Source: Granulicella sp. (lineage in GTDB: Bacteria > Acidobacteriota > Terriglobia > Terriglobales > Acidobacteriaceae). From it: a stretch of DNA of 21,167 bases. Every line of letters begins with the position of its first letter. The first letter of the stretch is position 1. The DNA is taken from contig DAHWNL010000011.1 of the NCBI GenBank assembly GCA_027339965.1, positions 1 through 21,167 on the forward strand, in the 5' to 3' direction. Below the pieces are notes generated by a model. It made no database searches. It saw only the letters and a list, made by a program, of their open reading frames with translations, and was not told the origin of the DNA. Position numbers and translations under genes: made by a program. Below are positions 9,471-16,089 of this stretch, in pieces.

Positions 9471-9608
9471 CAATGGCGAGCCGGCTGGTGCGGAAAGCAA
9501 AATCTGAAGCGTAGTCTAAAAGTACGGCATAGTTCGGCGATTCCCACCGAAGCTCAGAGAGTTGGACGAGGTGGCGGACCCTCTGCCACCTAAAGAAAGA
9601 GGATCGGC

Positions 9609-12521
9609 ATGAATCGAAGACGGTTTGTAAAGCAATTGACGGCTGGAGCATCGCTGCTTGCCGCTCCTCCGCTCCTTGGAGGCGTTATTGGCGGCAATGG
9701 GAAGAGACGCGGTGCTCCTGAAGCGGCGAGGGATAGAGCGCCCAGTCGGCGTTGGAGCCAATCGGCGTTGTCGAAGGGATTCATTCAGCCGCCGCGAGCT
9801 GCTGCCCCGTGGGTTTATTGGGTGTGGCTGGGGGTGGACACTACGCCCGAGGCAATGACCTTTGACCTGGAGCAGATGAAGGCCAAGAATATCGCTGGAT
9901 TCATTCTTTATGGCAACCAGGCCGGAAGTCTTCCACGGGAAATTCCAGCGCAGATGCTGGTGAAGAAGAACGGACGTTTTGAATATGAATATGTCAAGAA
10001 CAGCGATTATGACAGCTTCCACACCACCCCAATCCCTTTTCCGCCCCTCGATGCCTGGACGCCGCGTTGGCGCGAGCACATGCGTTATGTTGCTAGAGAG
10101 GCATTGAGACTGGATCTCCAGTTCTGTCTCACGATAGGGCTGGCTGGAACCTCTGGACCCATTCCCGAGGAATATGGGAATCAGGAACTGATTTGGACTG
10201 AGACGTTGGTTCGAGGAAACCAGGAGTTCGATGGAGCCTTGCCTGTTTACGGACCGCAGGATCGCGCATCTGGCTACCGCCGCGATGTGGCTGTGCTCGC
10301 AGTTCCCGATGCCTCTGACTATTCCGCAAGCCAGATTATCAACCTCACGGCGAAGATGCTCCCGGATGGAAGTCTGCGGTGGAAGCCGCCAGCGGGTAAT
10401 TGGAAGATCCTTCGTTTTTCGCAATCGGCAACCGGTGCGCAAAACCAGTATGGAATCTTTTCCGATGCCATGAGCGCGGAGGCGACTGACAGGTTGTGGG
10501 AGGCCACCGTGGCTCCGCTGCTCCAGGAGATGTCGCCCGATGAACGCAAGGGGTTGATAGGTCTGGAGGACGACAGTTGGGAGGGCGGGCGGTTCACCTG
10601 GACCAGGGACTTTGCCGAAGAGTTTGAGAGCCGGCGAGGTTACGATCTGATTCCCTACCTGCCGCTGCTTGCCGGAGGCACCGGAAGCGATGCGACCATG
10701 AGGCGGCAGATTGAACGCGACTACAAACTGACGATCAGCGACTTGATGGCGGATCATCACTACGGCCGTCTTGAGCAGCTATGCAAGGAGAATGGGCTGA
10801 TCTTTTTCTCCGAGGCCGCCGGCCCCAATCTATATCAGGCGGACCTGCTCAAGACCACCAGCAAGGTAGATGTAATGATGGCTGAGTTCTGGATGCCAAG
10901 CTTCCACCGTCCGACTCCCAAGAGCAGATTCTTTGCCCGCAATGCGGCCTGCGCCAGCCATATCTATGGATCGCGGATCGACATGGATGAGGCATTCACG
11001 AGCTTGGGACCGGAGTGGGAGGTTTCGCTGTTTGACATGAAGCCCGTGAGCGACCAGGCGTTTTGTGATGGCGTAAACCGGATTTGTGTTCATAACTTCA
11101 GCCATTCGCCCTCTTTGACTGCGAAGCCAGGCTATGTGTATGTGGCCGGTACCCATTATGAGCCGCGCGTTACTTGGTGGGAGCAGACACCGGCCCTAAC
11201 GGCTTACCTTGCCCGCTGTTCGTTTCTGTTACAGCAGGGTACGTTTGTAGCGGATGCAGTCTTTTACAAAGGCGACAACATCGGTGCGGGTGAACCGAAG
11301 AAGCAGTTCCATCCGACTCTTGGCAAGGGCTACGATTATGATTGCGTCAATACGGACGTTTTGTTGACCCGGATGAGCGTAGAGGATGAGCAGATTGTCC
11401 TGGACGATGGGATGAGGTATCGCGTCCTGATTCTGCCGGAAGACCAGCCGATGCCATTGGCCGCTCTCAGAAAGCTGGCCGAGATGGTGGATGCAGGGGC
11501 CAAAGTTGTGGGCCCGGCTCCTGCGGGTCTTGCCGGCTTACCTTTGCGCCCGGAGGAGCCGCAGGAGTTTCAGAGTGTCGTTGAACGGCTTTGGGGGAGC
11601 CGTCCTGTTTCGAATGCGTCGAAGTCACCGATCGGCTCCCGATGTCTGATCTCAGGACAATCAGCCAGACAGGCACTGCTGAATGCAGGCGTTCCGCCTG
11701 ACTTTGAGCAGACCGGACTCAGCGCCAGTGGAGAGATTCACTGGATTCATCGCAGGACAGAAGATGCCGAGATCTACTTCGTGGCGAGCCAATGGCGGCC
11801 GGTGGAAAGACTGGACTGCGTCTTTCGCGTGACAGGCAGGCAGCCGGAGCTTTGGGATCCGGTGACCGGAGCCATGCGGGATGCCGAGGCGTTTCTCCAG
11901 GACGGCGGCCGCACCACGGTGCCGCTAAAGTTCGGTCCATGCGGCTCGATCTTTGTCATCTTTCGCCGTCCCATTCCTTCTACTGCGAGGGGAGCGGGCA
12001 GAGCGAATGAGCCGGAAGAGGAGAGAGTTGCACTCACTCTTTCAGGCTCCTGGGAGGTAAGCTTTGATCCGAAGTGGGGAGGGCCGAGGCAAGCTACGTT
12101 TGACACACTCGTCGATTGGACCGAGCGGCTTGAGATGGGGATCCGCTACTACTCTGGAAGCGCCGTCTATCGAAAGAGTTTCTATTTTGACCGCGGAACT
12201 CAGAAGGATGTGCGTGTGGTGCTGGACCTGGGCGAGCTGCGCGAGGTCGGTGCAGTGCGGCTCAACGGTCGTGATTTGGGGATCGTTTGGACCAAACCGG
12301 CGCGCTTGGATGTGACCGATGCTCTCGAAGCAGGCAAAAACTTTCTGGAGGTAACAGTGGTCAATCTCTGGCCAAATCGCTTGATCGGGGATGCGGGATT
12401 GCCGGCACAGTCGCGATTCACGGAGACGAATGTGCACAAATTCAACTCCCACTCACCCCTCATGCCATCTGGGCTGCTGGGGCCGGTTCGGCTGTTGTCC
12501 GTGGAAGAGTCGAGTTTGTGA
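9609..12521 (+). CDS. Tat-exported glycoside hydrolase family 106 (alpha-L-rhamnosidase-like), divergent second family member
   Basis: GAGG-type RBS around 9599-9602; leader MNRRRFVKQLTAG; motifs PWVYWVW...DLEQMKAKNIAG, EDDSWEGG, RRGYDLIPYLP, MAEFW, DEAFT, GYDYD, PELWDPVTG, NLWPNRLIGD, SGLLGPV; 970 aa intact. Confidence 0.88.
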   Translation: MNRRRFVKQLTAGASLLAAPPLLGGVIGGNGKRRGAPEAARDRAPSRRWSQSALSKGFIQPPRAAAPWVYWVWLGVDTTPEAMTFDLEQMKAKNIAGFILYGNQAGSLPREIPAQMLVKKNGRFEYEYVKNSDYDSFHTTPIPFPPLDAWTPRWREHMRYVAREALRLDLQFCLTIGLAGTSGPIPEEYGNQELIWTETLVRGNQEFDGALPVYGPQDRASGYRRDVAVLAVPDASDYSASQIINLTAKMLPDGSLRWKPPAGNWKILRFSQSATGAQNQYGIFSDAMSAEATDRLWEATVAPLLQEMSPDERKGLIGLEDDSWEGGRFTWTRDFAEEFESRRGYDLIPYLPLLAGGTGSDATMRRQIERDYKLTISDLMADHHYGRLEQLCKENGLIFFSEAAGPNLYQADLLKTTSKVDVMMAEFWMPSFHRPTPKSRFFARNAACASHIYGSRIDMDEAFTSLGPEWEVSLFDMKPVSDQAFCDGVNRICVHNFSHSPSLTAKPGYVYVAGTHYEPRVTWWEQTPALTAYLARCSFLLQQGTFVADAVFYKGDNIGAGEPKKQFHPTLGKGYDYDCVNTDVLLTRMSVEDEQIVLDDGMRYRVLILPEDQPMPLAALRKLAEMVDAGAKVVGPAPAGLAGLPLRPEEPQEFQSVVERLWGSRPVSNASKSPIGSRCLISGQSARQALLNAGVPPDFEQTGLSASGEIHWIHRRTEDAEIYFVASQWRPVERLDCVFRVTGRQPELWDPVTGAMRDAEAFLQDGGRTTVPLKFGPCGSIFVIFRRPIPSTARGAGRANEPEEERVALTLSGSWEVSFDPKWGGPRQATFDTLVDWTERLEMGIRYYSGSAVYRKSFYFDRGTQKDVRVVLDLGELREVGAVRLNGRDLGIVWTKPARLDVTDALEAGKNFLEVTVVNLWPNRLIGDAGLPAQSRFTETNVHKFNSHSPLMPSGLLGPVRLLSVEESSL

Positions 12522-13177
12522 TTGGATCGGCAGAGCAGCATCTCTGGTGTGCCACGAGACTACAGCGGCATCTTTCAGGCCTCTTATTGCAGGGGGTAGG
12601 AGCCGGAAGTCTGCGGCTTAAGGGCCTGAACCAGCCGTGTCGGCCGCCTCCTTGAGACTCTATGCTTCTCTATCGAGTTACCCGGTGGAGGCGCCTGGGA
12701 GGGGTTCGCTCAATGCGGCGGAAATCCTGTTGTGTCGCGCCGCCGCACAGAAGCTTCTTGCAGTTCTTCTGCCCATACGATCTTCTTGTCACCGTCTTGC
12801 CGGCCTCTGCATTCACTCTTCCATAGCATTTTCAGTGTTGATGGGTACACCGGAGAGGGCGTGCAGCGGCGTTTTCATTGGGGAAAACACCCATGGAGTC
12901 CGAGGCGTCGCGTTACACCTGCACTGAAAACGCTTTATCGCCTCCTTCCATCTTCGGCTGGCGGAGGTCTGAACATCAGGCAATAGCTTCTTCGCGTAGG
13001 TGAGTGCCCGGAAGCGGGCTAACCAGAGCGCTTCCCCCAGGCAGGGGAGGAGTGTCGTCGCCACGGGCCGTCTTTTTGCAGCCGGAATCCACAATCAACG
13101 TCCCACCATCTACCGCAGGACGCAGAGTGACACGATCACCCGTCCGTGCCAGACGACCGCGTCAAACAGCCCATATT

Positions 13178-13199
13178 TACAGATTGTTCTACAGATTGT
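13178..13199. repeat. 10-bp direct repeat TACAGATTGT x2 overlapping the gntR stop codon
   Basis: TACAGATTGT at 13178-13187 and 13190-13199. Confidence 0.8.
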
Positions 13200-13953
13200 C
13201 GTCAAGAGATGGAAGCTCTGACACCCTCGTTGTGGTTTTGAGGCTCAGATGCCGATGTTTTTCGAGGAGGGCAATCAGTGCTTGCCCCGCGCTAACAATG
13301 TGATCTTTAAGTAACCGTCTCGACTTTTGGCGGTCCTTTCTGACGCACGCTCCAAGAATTTCGCGATGCTCATGAGCTGCACGCTCTGTCCAATGAGTTA
13401 CCGAGATTTGAATCTTCGCGTAACGTTCGTTCAGGTGATGCAGGCTTTGAAGGATACCCATGGCGATGGAACATCCGCTGGGTGCGCACAAGGTCGAGTG
13501 AAAGCGCCAGTTGTACTCTCCCCACGTTGCAACCTCATTCTTTTTGAATGCGGTCTCGTAGTCGTCAAGAATGCGCTTGGCCCGCTCCAGGTCCGCCGTT
13601 GTCAGACGAGGAATTGCCTTATCCAGAAGATCTGGTTCAATCATGGCGCGCAGGTCAATCACCTCCTGAATCTCACTCAGGGAGAGGCCGGACACCACGG
13701 CTCCCTTGCCCGGCTGGAAAAGCAGCAGCCCTTCCGCCTCCAACTGACGCATGGCCTCTCGAAGTGGAATGCGGCTGATGGCATATTCGCGCGCAATCAC
13801 CACCTGATTGAGCGATTCTCCTGCTTCAAACTCGCCATCAATAATTCGCTGGCGCAAGGCGTCCACAGCGGTCTCTACCAGCGTCTTGCGCGGCAGCGCG
13901 GATCGCGCCGCGGCAGGAAGAGTTCGCACCAAAGTTGGTCGGAAAGACTTCAT
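13189..13953 (-). CDS. GntR-family transcriptional regulator, FadR subfamily (wHTH + FCD)
   Basis: LVETAVDALRQRIIDGEFEAGESLNQVVIAREYAISRIPLREAMRQLEAEGLL...PGKGAVV; FCD motifs N.RFH, EHREIL, DHI. ATG at 13953 is preferred over the track start at 13971. Confidence 0.92.
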   Translation of the reverse strand: MKSFRPTLVRTLPAAARSALPRKTLVETAVDALRQRIIDGEFEAGESLNQVVIAREYAISRIPLREAMRQLEAEGLLLFQPGKGAVVSGLSLSEIQEVIDLRAMIEPDLLDKAIPRLTTADLERAKRILDDYETAFKKNEVATWGEYNWRFHSTLCAPSGCSIAMGILQSLHHLNERYAKIQISVTHWTERAAHEHREILGACVRKDRQKSRRLLKDHIVSAGQALIALLEKHRHLSLKTTTRVSELPSLDDNL

Positions 13954-13960
13954 GTAGGAG

Positions 13961-13990
13961 GGTATACACAAGACGATCAGTCAAAAGCAA
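13961..13990 (-). promoter_or_regulatory. Putative gntR promoter (probably leaderless) with an overlapping GTATAC autoregulatory box
   Basis: Minus strand TTGCTT (13990-13985), 18-bp spacer, TATACC (13966-13961), then 7 nt to ATG 13953. No SD sequence. GTATAC core at 13962-13967. Confidence 0.5.
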
Positions 13991-14065
13991 GCGTGTTTTG
14001 GGCTGATTGAGGTCAAGCCACCCGTACGAGCGCATCGGGCGGGGGTGCGGCTCCTCTATACCAGG

Positions 14066-14094
14066 TTGCATCAGCCAGGCAGGAGCGCTACAAA
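14066..14094 (+). promoter_or_regulatory. Possible sigma70 promoter for the GNAT-trmFO operon
   Basis: TTGCAT (14066-14071), 17-bp spacer, TACAAA (14089-14094). Confidence 0.3.
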
Positions 14095-14146
14095 GAATAA
14101 AGCGGGGGAAGAATGGAGTTACCCCCAAGAGTGCCCCATCCCGGCC

Positions 14147-14671
14147 ATGAATCCGCCCGTCTCGATCCCTCCAGTCCTGAAGATACGCCCTGCCGCCCCC
14201 AGCGATGCTTCCGTCATTCTGCAATTCATTCGGGAACTCGCCGCGTACGAGCGCGAGCCGGAGGCCGTGCTGGCCAACGAGGCCGACCTGTTGCGCGATG
14301 GATGGGGTGAGCCGCCTCGCTTCTCCGCTCTGATCGCGGAGTACGGTGGGGAAATCGCCGGCTTTGCTCTCTACTTCACCACCTACTCCACCTGGCGTGG
14401 CCACCATGGCATTCGCCTGGAAGACATCTACGTTACCCCCGCTCTGCGCAACCATGGCATTGGACGAGCGCTGCTGGCCAGAATCGCCGGCATCTGCGTG
14501 GAGCAAGGCTGCCCCCGGCTGGAGTGGGACGTGCTGGAGTGGAATGAATCGGCGATCGCCGTCTATCGCCGCCTCGGCGCCACCATGCAGAGCGAATGGC
14601 GCATCATGCGCCTCTCGGGAGAGGCGCTGACTGCCCTGGCCGGTAGCGCTGTTCCGCCAACCGCCGCATGA
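14147..14671 (+). CDS. GNAT N-acetyltransferase, SSAT/diamine acetyltransferase-like
   Basis: IRPAAPSD...FIRELAAYER, GFALYFTTYSTWRG, LEDIYVTPALRNHGIGRALL, RLEWDVLEWNESAIAVYRRLGA. ATG at 14147 is preferred over 14045. Confidence 0.9.
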   Translation: MNPPVSIPPVLKIRPAAPSDASVILQFIRELAAYEREPEAVLANEADLLRDGWGEPPRFSALIAEYGGEIAGFALYFTTYSTWRGHHGIRLEDIYVTPALRNHGIGRALLARIAGICVEQGCPRLEWDVLEWNESAIAVYRRLGATMQSEWRIMRLSGEALTALAGSAVPPTAA

Positions 14672-16077
14672 GGGAGGCATCCCCAGCTTCGCTCTCTATG
14701 AAAAAGATCCATATCATTGGCGGTGGCCTTGCCGGCCCAGAGGCAGCCTTGCAAGCAGCTTCCCTCGGCTGCCAGGTGACGCTCTCCGAAATGCGGCCGC
14801 TGCGCTCCACGGAAGCCCATCAGACCGGAGACTTCGCCGAACTGGTCTGTTCCAACTCGCTCAAGAGCGAGAGTGAAAATACCGCGCCGTGGCTGCTCAA
14901 GCAGGAGATGCGCCGCGCCGGCTCCTTCCTGCTCCAGGCAGCCGATGCCAGCGCCGTTCCCGCCGGACACGCGTTGGCTGTCGATCGCCTGCAGTTCTCG
15001 CGCCGCGTCGCCGATCTCATCGCCTCTCAACCCCGAATCGAAGTGCGCCGCGAAGAGGTCACCAGCCTTCGCCAGGAGGATGAAGTCATCACGGTGCTGG
15101 CCAGTGGTCCGCTCACCAGCTCTCCTCTGGCCGACGAACTCCAGAGTCTTACCGGAGCCGGGCACCTGGCGTTTTATGACAGCATCTCGCCTATTGTCGA
15201 CGCCGCCAGCATTGACATGGAGAAGGTATACTTCGCCGCACGCTGGAACAAAGGCAGCGCCGATTACTTGAACTGCCCCTTCACCAAAGAGGAATACGAT
15301 GCGTTCCTGGACGCACTCACCAACGCGAAGAGGGTAGAGACCCACGACTCGGACAAGACATGGGAGCCGTCGTCATCGGACTCCCCCAGCCTGACCCCTC
15401 CGGCGTACTTTGAAGGCTGCCTGCCCATCGAAGAGCTCGCGCGGCGCGGGCGCGACACACTTCGCTTCGGACCGATGAAACCTGCGGGCCTCACCCATCC
15501 CAAGACGGGAAGATGGCCGTACGCCGTGGTGCAACTGCGCCAGGAAAACCTTCGCGCCGATAGCTACAACCTGGTCGGATTCCAGAACCACCTGCGGTTT
15601 GGAGAGCAGGCGCGCGTGCTGCGCATGATTCCCGGCCTGGAACACGCCGTCTTTTTACGCTACGGGCAGATTCACCGCAACACCTATATTCAGGCTCCCG
15701 CGTTGCTGCAGGAGACGCTGCAACTACGCTCCCATCCCGGCATTCTCATCGCCGGGCAACTCTCCGGCGTGGAGGGCTATACGGAGTCCATAGCAAGTGG
15801 CCTGCTGGCGGGCCGATTTGCCGCCGCGCTCGCCCATGGAACTCGGCCCGTCCCGGCGCCGCGGCTCACCGCCAACGGATCGCTCACCCATTACATCACC
15901 CACGCGGAGGCCAAAAGGTTCCAGCCGGCCAACATGACCTTTGACCTGTTGCCCCCGCTCGAAGAGGAACTTCGCCGCAGGGCTCGAGACAAGAAGGAAC
16001 GCCACAGAATCCAGTGCGAGCGGGCGCTCGCCGCTTGGGAACAGTGGCTTGCAGCAACGGCCCTGCACCCCCGATGA
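14668..16077 (+). CDS. trmFO: Methylenetetrahydrofolate--tRNA-(uracil-54-C5)-methyltransferase TrmFO (Gid)
   Basis: IHIIGGGLAGPEAA, AELVCSNSLKS, ALAVDR, YFEGCLPIEELARRGRDTLRFGPMKP, YNLVGFQNHL, RYGQIHRNTY, AGQLSGVEGYTES. The start at 14668 overlaps the GNAT stop (ATGA); an alternative start is 14698 (MKKIHI). Confidence 0.96.
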   Translation: MREASPASLSMKKIHIIGGGLAGPEAALQAASLGCQVTLSEMRPLRSTEAHQTGDFAELVCSNSLKSESENTAPWLLKQEMRRAGSFLLQAADASAVPAGHALAVDRLQFSRRVADLIASQPRIEVRREEVTSLRQEDEVITVLASGPLTSSPLADELQSLTGAGHLAFYDSISPIVDAASIDMEKVYFAARWNKGSADYLNCPFTKEEYDAFLDALTNAKRVETHDSDKTWEPSSSDSPSLTPPAYFEGCLPIEELARRGRDTLRFGPMKPAGLTHPKTGRWPYAVVQLRQENLRADSYNLVGFQNHLRFGEQARVLRMIPGLEHAVFLRYGQIHRNTYIQAPALLQETLQLRSHPGILIAGQLSGVEGYTESIASGLLAGRFAAALAHGTRPVPAPRLTANGSLTHYITHAEAKRFQPANMTFDLLPPLEEELRRRARDKKERHRIQCERALAAWEQWLAATALHPR

Positions 16078-16089
16078 TCTTTGCTTCCA

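Noticed and set aside
9516..10760. 414-aa minus-strand ORF, and other long antisense ORFs (1444-2259, 13838-14680, 14563-15345, 18408-19370)
   Set aside because: These are shadow frames of well-supported genes in GC-rich DNA, with no recognisable motifs.
13990..14146. tRNA or att site at the island boundary
   Set aside because: Only short GC-rich hairpins; no cloverleaf, T-loop GTTC-A motif or CCA end was recognised.
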